Assembly (NCBI GenBank): GCA_030295235.1 | Contig: AP026140.1 | Coordinates: forward strand, 558,001-622,000 | From: Fistulifera solaris | Taxonomy: Eukaryota | DNA: 64,000 nucleotides | Direction: 5' to 3' | In this document: positions 36,561 to 49,188 of the stretch, piece by piece | Layout: each line of letters opens with the position of its first letter | How positions within the stretch are numbered: position 1 is the stretch's first letter | Program-made: the position numbers and the translations under genes | The notes under the pieces: model-generated | Databases searched by the model: none | The model's input: only the letters and a program-made list of their open reading frames with translations | What the model was told of the DNA's origin: nothing

Positions 36561-37966
36561 ATGAAGTTGTCGATCGCCTTTTCTTTCCTCCTAGCTTCGA
36601 GCACAGCATTCCATTTGCAAAGTCCCTCGACGAGGGCGTCGGCCCTGTATGCTGGCGTCGAACGTAACGCCAACTTTGCCAAGTTGGCCGGTGGATACTT
36701 GTTTCCGGAAATCGCGCGCCGACGCACCAGTTATCTCGAAGAAAACCCGGAAATGAAAGATCGAGTCATTTCGTTGGGTATCGGTGACACCACGCAGCCG
36801 ATTCCTCCTCACATATTGAATGGATTGGTCGAAGGTGCCAAGCAGTTGGGAACCAAGGAAGGATATTCGGGATACGGAGCCGAACAAGGAATGCAATCGC
36901 TTCGTGCCAAAATTGCCGAAAAGCTTTACAACGGCATCATTTCGGCCGACGAAGTCTTTGTAAGTGATGGTGCCAAGCCCGATATCATGCGATTGCAACA
37001 AATGTTCGGACCGAAAGTTGTCAGCGCTGTTCAGGATCCCAGTTATCCTGTTTATGTGGATACGTCGGTCATCATGGGTCAGACCGGTGAACAAGACACG
37101 AACTCGAAGCAATATGACAAAGTTATTTACATGCCTTGCACTCCGGAGAACGGATTCTTTCCGGACTACTCCAGTGTGCCCCGCGCTGATATTGTGTATT
37201 TGTGTTCGCCAAAGTAAGTGCTGCACGCTAAAAATGATGTCTAAGACACTTCAGTTCCGCTCAATGCGTTTTTTCTCTCCCTTACAGCAACCCTACAGGG
37301 GCTGCAGCGACCAAGGAGCAATTGGAAGGCTTGGTCAAGCTTTGCAAGGAGCGTGGATCGATCCTGGTGTTTGATGCGGCCTACGCCCCTTTCATCCGCT
37401 CGGAAGGAGTTCCCAAATCCATCTTCGAAATTGAGGGTGCTCGTGAAGTGGCTATCGAAGTCAACTCCTTCAGTAAGTATGCTGGTTTCACGGGTGTTCG
37501 TCTGGGCTGGACTGTCATTCCTGGTGATTTGAAGTTCAAAGACGGAAGTCTCGTTCGCAACGACTTCAACCGTATTATGACAACTACTTTCAACGGAGCT
37601 TCCAACATTGTACAAGCGGGAGGTCTAGCTTGCTTGGACGACGAAGGATTGGCCGAAATAGATGCTTTGATTGACTATTACCTGAAAAACGCCAATATTC
37701 TTCGAGAAACTTTCGAAAAGATCGGGTACGATGTTTATGGTGGAGTCGATGCTCCGTATGTGTTTGTGAAACTTCCCGCTTCAATGGGCGGCAGCTGGGA
37801 TGCGTTTCAAACAATTCTCGAAAAGACCCAAGTAGTGACCATTCCCGGCGCTGGATTCGGTCCTGGTGGAGAAGGCTTTTTGCGATTGTCTGCGTTCGCT
37901 CCTCGTGAAGCCGTAGTAGAAGCTTGCAAACGTCTCGAGGAAGCTCTTGCCCCCGTGAGCGCATAA
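36561..37966 (+). CDS. dapL: LL-diaminopimelate aminotransferase, plastid-targeted
   Basis: GYLFPEI, SLGIGDTTQP, SDGAK, CSPN|NPTG and SFSKYAGFTGVRLGW motifs. Intron 37214-37287. STA-FHL bipartite presequence. Confidence 0.96.
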
Positions 37967-38201
37967 ACACAATTGGTTAAATAAATTTCACTGCAAAATC
38001 CTTAGAATAACTATTCAGATTTGTCTAGACAATAGACACGTCCACCGTTTCGTTGGACTAGAAAAGTAATGTTTAGATGCCGATAGGTATAGAATGAATA
38101 TTGGTTACAAAGATCACCGCACAAACAAGAATTGATGCCGCACGTATTAGGCGCAACGTCAGTGAAGAAAGATAGCGCTTCAGATGCATTGTGCCGGGTA
38201 A

Positions 38202-39889
38202 TTACGAGGATCCTGTTTTTGAGCATTCGAGTCCGGTGGCGCAGTCCCACGTGTTGAGCATGCGGCATGTCACGAAGCTATTCAACTCATTCGCACATGG
38301 CTTGCAGGTATCGCACAGTTGGAAGTCCGTACAAAAGCCATCATTAAAGGTACCACATTCTGCGGATAAGTGGGTTTCGACGGCAGTGTTGACACAGTTG
38401 CGGCATTCTGTTACATTATCTTGATTTCCAATTTCTGCTAGACAGGCTTGGTATCCGTTTATTTCAGCTCCGCAGGGGTCCGGATCCCGCGCACAGTCAA
38501 CTCCAGAACTGCAACCATTTGTTGTTACTAAGCAGCTTACATACGTCTCGGCTTCATCTCGACACCCGTTATTACCGCTTCCTCCACAAGCATCACATTC
38601 TTCGAACCCAACGCAGAATGAATTTTGAATGTCGTTACAGAGATTGGAATCAACTCCCAAAGCTGTTTCAAACGAGTCGCGAACACAGCCGAGACACGAT
38701 TCTAGTCGATCTGCAGATGCAAATGATCCCAAGCACGAATGATACGAAACCATTTCATCATCGCAAGGCTCCTTCGGCTTGTCGCAATCAATGCCAGCGT
38801 TGCATTTATTGAAATTAACAGTCATGCAATTCATCCATTCCTCCATTTGATCCATGCAACCTCCACATTCCGTACACTTGCCAAATGCTGTACAGAAATC
38901 GGAATGAAATGCCGAGCACATCACCTGTTCATCTGCCTTTTGAATTGCATCATTCACACATTCGACGCACGTCGCTGCATTTTCAGCACCTACTCCGTCT
39001 AAACAACGTCGATATTGAATGATTTGTTTTTCACACACCGCCTCTGGTTCAACTTCAGGCGCTGCAGCACAGTTAACTTCACATGTGCCCGTTTCGTTGA
39101 AGAAGCAAACGTTCCACGTTTCAAACTGTCTAGCGCAAGTCCTGCACGAAGTCGGACAGTTTTCTGAAATAGCGGTACATAGGTGATAGTTGATACGATC
39201 GCAGGATGCTGCGATCTCAGTCGCTTCTTTGCTTCATAGAAGCATTCTTTGCACGCACTCTGAGAGCTGCCCAAGCCGGCTAAGCAATCATCAAATTGAA
39301 AATGCTCGTCTGCACAGAACGGATCATCGGTTGGAGAGGTTGGTATCGAAATAGCAGGTTCACTATTTGGTGCAGAAGTCGGCGCAACAATGACTGGAAT
39401 GGAGCTTCCGCCGTCGTCATCCATGGCCATCTTAATTAAGACCGAACCGGCAATCAAGACTCCGAAAAAGACAAACGCAAAGCCCGTGTAACCATAACAG
39501 CATCCGAAAACACCTCCAACGACACTATAACGGTAATTGCTGCTTGATTTTTGCGGAGTTATGGCCGATTCGGGTCGGAGCAAAGTGTCCCCGCCATGTG
39601 GATCGACATCATTCGAATAAGAGTTTGACCGTTCTTGGTAATAGGACATTCCTTCTTCTTCTGGAACATGACTTTCTCGGGATACATCGTAATTGTGGGA
39701 AGTGGCATTTGTGTAGTTGTTCGTTACGTCGTCCGACGATTCGGATTCATCGGAAGAGGACTCTTCTTCCTGATAGGACTCTTCATCGTCGTCCTCTCCT
39801 TCCTCGTGATCGTAGGCTAGATCGGGAAAAAGTGAAGGTGTCAACGTCGAATCAATCGAAGGAGGTTCCATCGTACAATCTATTGGCAC
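38202..39889 (-). CDS. Single-pass membrane protein with ~4 Cys-rich ~62-aa repeats (frameshifted)
   Basis: Acidic N-terminus, TM GFAFVFFGVLIAGSVLI, a P/T linker, then repeats of C..E...Y..CL...C..CV...C...FC..F..C..C..C. Confidence 0.7.
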
Positions 39890-40467
39890 CTATCTCGTCG
39901 TAGCAGTCTTTGCTTCTGGAGTCCTTATACGGAGAAGACAGTCTGTTGCACAAGCTAGATGAGATGGAGACAGAAGTTTGCCGAGAATGCCTTTGGGAGC
40001 CTATGGAATAGAAAGGTTTGTCGTTCTTTGCGCTCTCCGCCGAACGATGGCACTCATCGACGAACGATGACAGTTTGGACCTCCCATTGACAAAAACGTT
40101 ACCCAAACGGTACTGGATTGCTACTCGAAGAACGTTCCCAACCGCTTCGCGGACAAAATAAAGTAGACGTTGGGACTTTTGGGTAAAGGCTTCTTCAGAC
40201 TTTTTCGTGAACCCGAAACGCTAATGTTCTTTGCCCTATCACCGCAAACATCAAAATGTGACGCGTGACGCGTGACGCGACGACGTTCGAGAAGCGGCCT
40301 CGATTGTTGACCAACAAAACAACACTTATATCTTATCATTTCAATTCGATCACGAATATAGCATATCGGCAACAACAGTTTATTGCTGCGAAGAGCAAGA
40401 GACTGGACTCTGCTTGCACGAAGACTGTTGATGCGAACTCGAAAACTGTAGAGAGACAAGACTGCCT

Positions 40468-41028
40468 ATGAATTCTCTCCATTTGCTTTTCTTGCTCCTT
40501 TCTTTTCTTGCACCTTCATCACAATCATTTACATGCAAAACATACCATTCTTCTCGCACTTTAAAGCTATTTGGGGCCCAGCCTGCTGTACATTTTGAAG
40601 ACCGCTTCGGTCGATGGCGCTTCCTGCAGCAACTTCTGGACGAAGAATCCGACGAACATCGCACGAACCTTCTTTTGGGACAAGTGCTGCGGGAGTATTT
40701 GAATGGTACCAAAGATAGTGACACGGCCATTCCGGAACATACGGAACAACGAGTATCAGCTGTGCAAGCGGTGATCGATACGGCTCTCCCCGATGGAAGT
40801 ATCCCAGTCTTTCCAAAACGCGATTCTTTGTTCTTAGACCTGTTAGAATCGACGCTGCCTGATCCACAGGAAGAAGAAGAAGCCTACAAGAGTAATTGGG
40901 ATATGATCATGGAACTCCATGGGCGGGAAGCGGTGAAGGTGAACGAACAGGCTGGTGAAATATCGTGGAAGACAAGCTGTCTAGTCGCACGTGTGTTGCT
41001 TTTTTATGATTTCTTGACGAATGACTAG
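40468..41028 (+). CDS. Hypothetical protein with signal peptide, possibly plastid-targeted
   Basis: 186-aa ORF with a hydrophobic N-terminus followed by SQS-FT. Confidence 0.7.
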   Translation: MNSLHLLFLLLSFLAPSSQSFTCKTYHSSRTLKLFGAQPAVHFEDRFGRWRFLQQLLDEESDEHRTNLLLGQVLREYLNGTKDSDTAIPEHTEQRVSAVQAVIDTALPDGSIPVFPKRDSLFLDLLESTLPDPQEEEEAYKSNWDMIMELHGREAVKVNEQAGEISWKTSCLVARVLLFYDFLTND

Positions 41029-41517
41029 TTGTGCAAACTTGCTGGTTGCAATCAACGGTAGTACAGCGGATCTGATCTTTGCTGCTAACGAGGTAAATTA
41101 GTTTATTTATAGAATTGGCAGCATGAAAGTGAACTATGAAATTAACAATAGACTAGAGTTTGAGGCCGTGACATACAAACAACCAAATACCTAAAACTAT
41201 GCTTTTTACTCGGACATTAGAGAGGGTCTAATTGCATCATTCTTTGAAGGGTTTAGTCGGTCTATCTTCGGAGTATATCTTGAATATATTCATGAGTCAC
41301 GTGTCACGCGTCACGACCCGTTATCGCGTTCTGTGTATAGCTGATCGGTACTCCCAACGTCATATATTTCCGTTGAAACAGATCGTTGCACGTCTGGTAT
41401 TGCACCGCGAGACCACCAAGAAGCAAATGAGCAAGGATGAAGCATAAAGCATAAGTAATCATTCGAGTGCTTATGATAGACGAGATATTATAAGAAACCT
41501 CTAATTGTAGTTTCAGC

Positions 41518-42919
41518 ATGAGGCAAACGATGCGCTATTCGGTCTACTGTTGCTTGTTTGTGTTTTTAGGATCATGGCTGTCAATACCCATAACGGTCGT
41601 TGCATCGTCCTCATCGAAAGCTGCTCCAAATACAAACGCGCCAGCTTTATCATCCTTGAAAAACTCAACGTCGCTTGTCAATTCGACAAAGCACAGCCGC
41701 ATTAAGATTGTCGAGACCCAAGTATGGGATGGATCCAAGTGGCAACCGGCGCAATGGATGGATTCCTCAGGAGAAAATGCCGTCCCTTCGCCAGACGACA
41801 CACCTTTGCCTAGCAAAGCCTCGAAGTGGATTTCTGGATGGAAAATCGTAGTCGGAGAAAGCAAGGATGGCTGGAAATATACTTGGAAAAGGCCTCATCA
41901 GGGAATTCGGGAGAGAATATGGCTGCGATCCTATGAAATCAAAAAGATATCTGCAAAGAATAGCGTGAAGCCGCGAACGAAACGAAGCAGTGAAGATACT
42001 GAAGCTTCTTCTGACGAAACAGAGGAAAGTGTGGTCGTGCATCGAGGCCCCTATTTCGAAACGCCTCAGTGGATGCAGGCAGTAAGGGATGATTTCAATT
42101 TTAAAGGATTCGGGTGGACGTTTTACAAGTCCTTACTACGCCCAACATCAGCTGGCGTTGCATTTCGTTTTCCAATCACGTTCAATTTTGATACCTTTGA
42201 TCGAAATCCTCAGCTGCCTTCTTGCAGTGGATCGGTGGCCGTTTACAATGACCCGTGGTGCATCGGTCTGTTCTTGACGATGAGTTTTCGACTCGAGTTT
42301 TTGCAGTGGTTGACACGTCGCATTGCGGAGCGAACGGCGGCAGCAGTACTCTGGGTCATCTGGATATTGTTCGTGAGAAATCTGGGAATGTGCTTTTCGC
42401 TTCTAACTTACCCCGTAACTCAGGAATGGAAACAACTGGCAGTCGTCTCGAATACGTGTCAACTATGTGGACACGTGGCGGAGTGGAAAAGCCTCAATAT
42501 AAACGAACGGTAGAAGAGCGACTGGGTTGCTCGGCATCTTGGCGCCTAACGCAAGGTAAAGGGTTTGAATTTCGAAGATCCTGCTGGCACTCGGTAGCTC
42601 CTACTCTGACTAGTTTGTGGGAGGAATCGCTTCTCGGGAAATTCTTTTGGGCGACATAGAGCCTCCAGCCTGGTTGCTGCGACACTCAGGGACACTTGGT
42701 ATATCCAATGCTGCCCCTACGCCTACCGAGCCTTATTTTTCATCGAATGCAATCTTGAGTTTGTCGGGCTTTTACTTCCAAGCATCGCGGGGTAATAAAG
42801 AGGAAAAACAACCAGATCGCATCAAAAAGAAGGTTGTACCTACTTCACGGAGCCCTGAAACTCAAGAAACCGATCTTGAATTCGAGGAAGAGGAGAGTGA
42901 CGATCTTGAGCTCAGCTGA
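41518..42919 (+). CDS. Hypothetical membrane protein with a DysF-like Trp-rich domain (frameshifted pieces)
   Basis: Signal peptide and E.Q.W...W...W..GWK...DGWKY...R.R.W.R pattern; three overlapping + ORFs. Confidence 0.55.
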
Positions 42920-43568
42920 TAGCCCAATTTTGCAGCCATGAGAGATGAGAATGCTTGTCTTCCATTACGCGACATCTCTCGGGTCTTTTCAATCCTTTCT
43001 TTCGAATAATTGAATTAGGGACGTACGCTCTTGGTGATTCGACAAATGAATCATTCATCATGAACTTTAGATCACGTTTCTGCCATCCATGTTACAGTCA
43101 TAGCGTTAGCCTTAGTTTTCAGTTCTCAGTTTTCATCCGGAAGAAATGATCCGGGCGATGGCGCTGGGATAACTAATCCGTACATTGGGCAATACAGTCA
43201 TCCGGTCTTTACAATCTTCTTTCGCAACAGGCCCTACCAACTTTCTTGATCAAAGTGCCACCGGCAAGTTCATCCGGTACTGTATTTCTAAATGAAGATG
43301 GTCTTCTGGTCTTAATCGTAATAAATTGCGGACAAAACCCAGTTCCAAGTGTTCTCACTGCCGTCAGCCGCAGGGTCTTTCTTTTCGGACTACAGTCCAG
43401 AATGTACAATAGTGATTCTACGCGAATGCCACAATCAGGGCCAGCAAGCCAGCAATCTCCCAAATGATAAGGTGGGGAGGTTTTTAGCGCTGCTATACTG
43501 CATCTCTGGATTATTTATCTGTATTGTAAATGAATTGTTGCTATCTTCATATTTACTGAATAACAAAC

Positions 43569-44264
43569 ATGCCTCCTAGACAATCAGCATTAACCGATCG
43601 GAGTCCGGTCTGTGTATCGCGGTGGGATGATGATGCGCAGTTCAAGAAAAAGGGTACAGTCCCTTTAGTAAAGTCGGTTTCCTTCGCGGAGCACAATGAG
43701 GTATTCGAAATTTGGCACATCAATGACTTTCCCGATCAAATGATAGCAGATATATGGTATGATGGAGAGGAATATGCCGAGATTAAAGGATCCTATCAAT
43801 CGACTATCTTTATGATGGAAGCTGGCCATAAACTGGATGAAAAAGAGGACACAGCGCGTGGCCTGGAATACAGAACTCAAGATGGAGCTTGGGCACGTCA
43901 TGAAAATAAACGCGACGCATATAATCTCGTGCTGGACGAACAAGATAGGCAATGGAAATACGACAAAGATGACTGGAATGCTATAGCAGAGAAATACCTG
44001 GAGGTGTCTGTAAAGTGCATAAAAGCCGCTAATGAGAGAGGCCTACAAGACGAACTTGACGTAGCTGACTATTTGAAAGACGTCCCAATAATTAAGAAGA
44101 TCAAGAAAAAGAAACCGAAAGAACTTAAGGAACTCAAGGAACTCAAAGAAAACAAAGAAAAGAAACCATCGAAAGGGGAAAAGTGCACGAAGAAGAACGA
44201 CGATGAACCTTCCTCCTCAACACTAAGAAGGAAGGGATCATTAGAACGTCCCTCACGTCAATAA
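43569..44264 (+). CDS. Diatom V.F...WY...RGLE family protein
   Basis: KSVSF, DIWYDGEEY, RGLEYRT, VLDEQDRQ and a Lys-rich tail. Confidence 0.8.
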   Translation: MPPRQSALTDRSPVCVSRWDDDAQFKKKGTVPLVKSVSFAEHNEVFEIWHINDFPDQMIADIWYDGEEYAEIKGSYQSTIFMMEAGHKLDEKEDTARGLEYRTQDGAWARHENKRDAYNLVLDEQDRQWKYDKDDWNAIAEKYLEVSVKCIKAANERGLQDELDVADYLKDVPIIKKIKKKKPKELKELKELKENKEKKPSKGEKCTKKNDDEPSSSTLRRKGSLERPSRQ

Positions 44265-44994
44265 AGCATCGACTTGATAGCAGTTGCTGCGAAACGCTCG
44301 CTTCGATATTTCATGTCTAATTTAAAGGAATGCCGCAATCGCAGTGATATGAGCGCCAAGAGGCACACAACTCTCAACTAGTGGCTCCTTTGAAAGATTC
44401 TTAGAACTATAGCTCATAACTCATAACCTCATAATGTGATATGAACAGGAAATGAGTTCTGTGCGTTACCGTTAGCATCGTCGTAAAATGCACTCGACCT
44501 TCTGTCTCTGGTCTCTAGCCCAAATCTATATTTTGATCAAGAGCTTAAGCAAAACGCTATGAATTAGTCTCAGTCTTAGATACGTTGATGTTTAGCAATT
44601 ACCCGGTAAGCCACAACTTATAGACTTCATTCAAATCGTACGATCTCTTACTATCTCACTCTCCCAAGACGACAGCCATTTAGGAATGCTTTTAAAGCCT
44701 AGGATACGAGTTTGAGGCGCGGCATCTAGGCTCTCAAACATAGGAAAGAGGATGGTAACTCAGATAGTTAATGGGAAAAGTTGGGTCGTCAACTGGGCCA
44801 CTTCTGATTATTTACTTGGTACAGGTACGTAATAAGCTTAGTAAGATAGTACGGCTAGCCGGATAGCCGAATTAATCCTAGCAACTTACACACAAACTAA
44901 TGGGCTAAGCTTAGCAAACTATTGAAAATTCCAGAAACAGGCCTTTCTAGTGGATCTGTATTAGCTACAAACGAAACTACAAGATGCCTCGTAA

Positions 44995-45606
44995 TTAGAA
45001 AGCATATTCAGAGCCGGTCGAAGAGGGGAGAATCGAGACACCGATCTGTTCGTGCACCATCAAAGCGAGGATTCCCATCATGGCAGCACGACCATTGTTC
45101 AACTCAATCGTGCGCTTGCGAAGCTTGGTAGCTTCGTCAAAAGTTTCCCAACCAAGATCGAAGTAGTTGTTGCGGAGATCACCAGGGAATTCTCCTCCAA
45201 CAAAGTCACGCATCACAAAGACTTCAAGAGCACCGATCAAGGCAAACAATTGAAGCTTTCCAGCGTATGGAACGGCCTCAAGACCGGCGTAGCCGCTGGG
45301 AATATCGGCGAAGGCGGTTCCGGAAAGGTCAATGTTTCCAGGAAGGCGGATTCCGGCTTCAGTGACGAGGTATCCAACAACGGCAAGCATGGAAATGCGT
45401 CCATGCTTAAGCTCGACAAGGCGAAGGCGGTCGAATTTCTCCTGGTTACCATCAGCGACAAGGCCGAGAGGATCCCAGAAACCCAACGGCAACATGGCAC
45501 CGAAGTCATCCTCGAAGGCCGAAAGTGCGGTTGTCTTCGTGGAAGCCTTCTGGCTGGTGAAGGCAGCAACGCTGCATGCAAGGGAGGCGAACAAAGCGGT
45601 CTTCAT
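44995..45606 (-). CDS. Fucoxanthin-chlorophyll a/c light-harvesting protein (Lhcf-like)
   Basis: GFWDPLGL, ELKHGRISMLA and ELNNGRAAMMG motifs; VAA-FT presequence. Confidence 0.96.
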   Translation of the reverse strand: MKTALFASLACSVAAFTSQKASTKTTALSAFEDDFGAMLPLGFWDPLGLVADGNQEKFDRLRLVELKHGRISMLAVVGYLVTEAGIRLPGNIDLSGTAFADIPSGYAGLEAVPYAGKLQLFALIGALEVFVMRDFVGGEFPGDLRNNYFDLGWETFDEATKLRKRTIELNNGRAAMMGILALMVHEQIGVSILPSSTGSEYAF

Positions 45607-46988
45607 GGTTATTATCTCGGTCAACTGAATGGATTAATACTCTTGTTGAATGTGATGGTTGCTGCGAAAGTTGCTTCGTCACCTCGTTCATCAAGATATC
45701 TCGTTGCTGGATCTTCAGGTTGAACTTTTGTTGGCGTTCGGATCGGGATCGAGCGAGCGGTCACTGAGTACCGGAACGATAATTATGAAGACGTAGACAC
45801 GGTCAGACGGGCGGAATGACCACCAGCCTTAACTAACTAGAGCTATGAACCTTTATTGAAAGGATAGTCACCAATCACATCAGTCCCCAGCTGAATGAAA
45901 AATTACCTCTTGTCATGCGTTTTTCATTTAGTATAAGACTTTGTAGAGTTTGTTGGTTGAGTTGATCCTTCAGCCCGCTGGCTTATGAAAAGCGGACTGC
46001 ACGTAATTTCAGAACAGTTCGAGCAGACAATGGCAACTGATAACTCAACATAATGGAACCTTTTTAGAAAAAAGAGAGGAAGCACAAATCTAGCTTAAAG
46101 CTTAGTCAAAGTTTTGGGGTTGGAGAGTAGTAGAACAAGTGGCAAACAGGTTTGACTTTAATTTAAGTCGCCTATGGCTTTCACCTGCTTTACAGCCACG
46201 GCTTTTTTTTGCTTGTCTGATCGTTCAACGACAAATTCTGTCCCCGAAACAGAATTTTTATAAAAAAAAGCTAGGTTTTAGTTCTTACCGAGACTTGTTG
46301 CTAACCTTGCACGTTACTCCGTAAATCCGATGATTGACGATTGACGACCGACTTCCAGCTGCCACACCGACGACATCGAGTGTCGAGTTACGGTAGGACA
46401 AATAAAAAATGACCTCCGTTCTCCAATTACTGTATCCACAAAAAGTGCAGAAGTCAGGAAGAAAGAACAACACGAGAGACGAGAGAAACCAGGAACCAGG
46501 AAGAAAAAAATGTGAAAAGAGAAAGGGTCATGAGTCATGAGTCATGAATTTTTTGTTTTATGTCTCTTGTACTACGTTTTGTATTCGGGTCATTAGTCAT
46601 TTGTCATTACTTAAATCTGGATACCGAAAGATGTAGTTAAGCGACAGCTTTCTTGCTTTAATGTTCTATGTTTAGCAGAAATGACTAAGACTTTAGGACT
46701 TAAGACTGGATTTGAGTAAATTCATTCTTCAAGGTGCTCGTGTTTTCTTGTTTTCCTTATCCTCACTTTTCGTCCCTCCATAATGTAAAGAATCCGAATG
46801 CAGACTGTAGAGCATTCTGGCGCATGTCTCAAGTCTCCATTCTCAATCTCAATCATCCGGACTTGGAATTTGGAAGTTGGAAGCTCCCTGGCTTATACAG
46901 AGGTATCTCCGAACTCCGAAGCCCGAGAATCTTACCCGGTGATAGTTGCAAACGAGAATTGGACGTGGCCGTTTTGTCATAAGATAAC

Positions 46989-47789
46989 GTGCTCCTTTTT
47001 CGATCGACATCAAGTTCATTTGCATGGGCAATGCAGTCATCCATCAAAATAAATCTACAAACAGCGCAAGTATCACCAATGTATGCCGCATCATGCCAGG
47101 CTGTATGCGACGCTCCAATGGCGGACTTTGATGCCAAGAGCTCATTAGGAGCTTCCGTGGCGTCAACAGTGTTAACTGAGGACTTTAGCGAAAGCGAATT
47201 TTCGTTATGTGGTGGTTCCGACTCAGTGAAATGCTGCGACGTAATTGATCAGCAAGACGACGAACCAACGTTTTCCGTTGGAGACGATACTTGGACTTGC
47301 TTTGAAGACGACACTTGTCGCTCAACAGAAGCTGCCTATGAGTTGACCCCCTACCTCTACGAAATGAACCATGAGGAGTTGCGGGTTCGTTTCAAAGACA
47401 CTGTGGAAGTGCGTGAATTCGCCGTCACCGTGGGACACCAAAACCCTTCGGATCCTATCCTGTGCCCGGTCACACTTGACTGGCAGTTCTTTGAGAAACG
47501 AAGTCCGTTGAAGATTGAATTGGATGGAATAAGGACGATCGAAAAGTTGACGGAAAAACAAAGAAGATCTTGGATTTCATTCGTCCAAGGCTGGTCGTAC
47601 GAGCAAGTGCGGTCAGTTGAGATTGAAAGGGTAATGGAAGTCATGGAAGAAGTCATGCATCGACATGTATCTTTCTCAGACGGACTCGCTGAGGAGAAAA
47701 GCGATGATTACTTCTTCTGTGACAATTTGAGTGATTGCGATGACTCTGGAGGGGATAGACGCGAACAAAAGCGGTTCGTAGAATTTTGA
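46989..47789 (+). CDS. Hypothetical diatom protein (VRF..VEVREF..TVG..P.TLDW motif)
   Basis: 266-aa ORF; true start uncertain. Confidence 0.65.
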   Translation: MLLFRSTSSSFAWAMQSSIKINLQTAQVSPMYAASCQAVCDAPMADFDAKSSLGASVASTVLTEDFSESEFSLCGGSDSVKCCDVIDQQDDEPTFSVGDDTWTCFEDDTCRSTEAAYELTPYLYEMNHEELRVRFKDTVEVREFAVTVGHQNPSDPILCPVTLDWQFFEKRSPLKIELDGIRTIEKLTEKQRRSWISFVQGWSYEQVRSVEIERVMEVMEEVMHRHVSFSDGLAEEKSDDYFFCDNLSDCDDSGGDRREQKRFVEF

Positions 47790-47908
47790 AGAACTTGTTA
47801 TTACAATGATATTATGCAAAGAAAGATTCATAACATTAATAAATATTTACTCAAAGCTGCTAACATCAGAAAGTTACTCTGCTTAGAGAAACGTGGTGGA
47901 GGATGATA

Positions 47909-48879
47909 TCAACCATGATCGTCTATCAGTCCTTTGCACGTCACGTGACTCAGATTGTATTCCTTCGTGTATTTCAGAAACACTCCTTCTGGAACCACTG
48001 AATCTGATTTCGTTTGCCACCTTGTTTGGTCATTCCACTCGGCACAGGTGAACATCATGCGATCAAACCGCCTCACCAATTCTCGAATTCCCATCTTCTT
48101 CCATCGATAATGAATCAGCCGTTCCGGATTTCCCACTTTAAAACTGGCGAACGAAGCGTAGTCTTCGGGATGTTCCAAAAACGGCGGTAGAATATCGAGC
48201 GCGGGCAAGAGGAGTGAGGAATTTACCACCAGGTGGCGGTCGGTGACGCCCCAAAATTCTGCGATTTGGGTAGCCAAATGTATTGCGGGTCCAAACATGA
48301 CAAATTGTGATGGCACAAATAATAATGGTCCGATCTCGTGACCACAAAGCGATCGTAGATCGATGTGAGATTGTTTTCCAATATTTTCTGCGACAAGAAC
48401 CACCGAAACATGAAAATCACCGCCCCACTACCTCGGTATCCGAACATATTCGCTCCACCAAGAATGGACGACTCGTTGTAAAGATATCGTGGCACCCTTT
48501 CTCGCCAAGACGTTCCATTGATGAGATCGATAGCATCGGCCCAGTCCACGTATTCATCCACCTCCCATAGGTACTTGGCGCGGTCGTACAGGCTACTGGT
48601 CCGCTGGAGTGAGCGACCAATCATGAGCGCCAGGTCAGCGTCATTCACATCCAGTACATGATGGTACAAAGTCTTCCATGCCTTTTCTCCACCGCGTAGA
48701 TTACCGATGATAATAACAAGCGTCTTGTTGGTGGCAACCGGTTTCGCGACCTGCTGCAGTGGGCCAAACGGCAACGAGTCGTCGCGAGGGAAGGAAAAGG
48801 CCGTCGCAATCAATCGCGATAGCAAAACTCCGACTAGGACAGCACACAGCCACCGGAACCAAGTCTGGAGGTAGTTCAT
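47909..48879 (-). CDS. Type II membrane protein, glycosyltransferase-like (frameshift near 48260)
   Basis: N-terminal TM segment, IIGNLRGG and YDRFVVTRSD; continues as GVTDRH in the second ORF. Confidence 0.6.
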
Positions 48880-49188
48880 ATTCGTTCAAGCATGATTTTG
48901 TCTGTATTGTTATGAAATCTCATTCTACAAGCAATCATCGATAGATAAAAATGGCACCGCATCGCGATGACTTTTCGAAATGAGCCACCAATAAAAATCG
49001 TTTCCAAATTTGCGCGCGAAAATGTGACACTCTCAACTAATAGTACAAAATGACTGTCCTATCACGACTCAACCTTTAAGCAATATTCCAACGGAGATAA
49101 CCAACGGTTAACTCATGGATTTTGTTATCGCAAGTTTCGGCGCACCTTTGCACCCACTCGACAATGCACGAAACTAAAAAAAAAGTTC

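Noticed and set aside
46527..46547. Tandem TGAGTCA (AP-1-like) sites, and a similar TGACGCG repeat at ~40259
   Set aside because: Short tandem repeats with no evidence of function from sequence alone.
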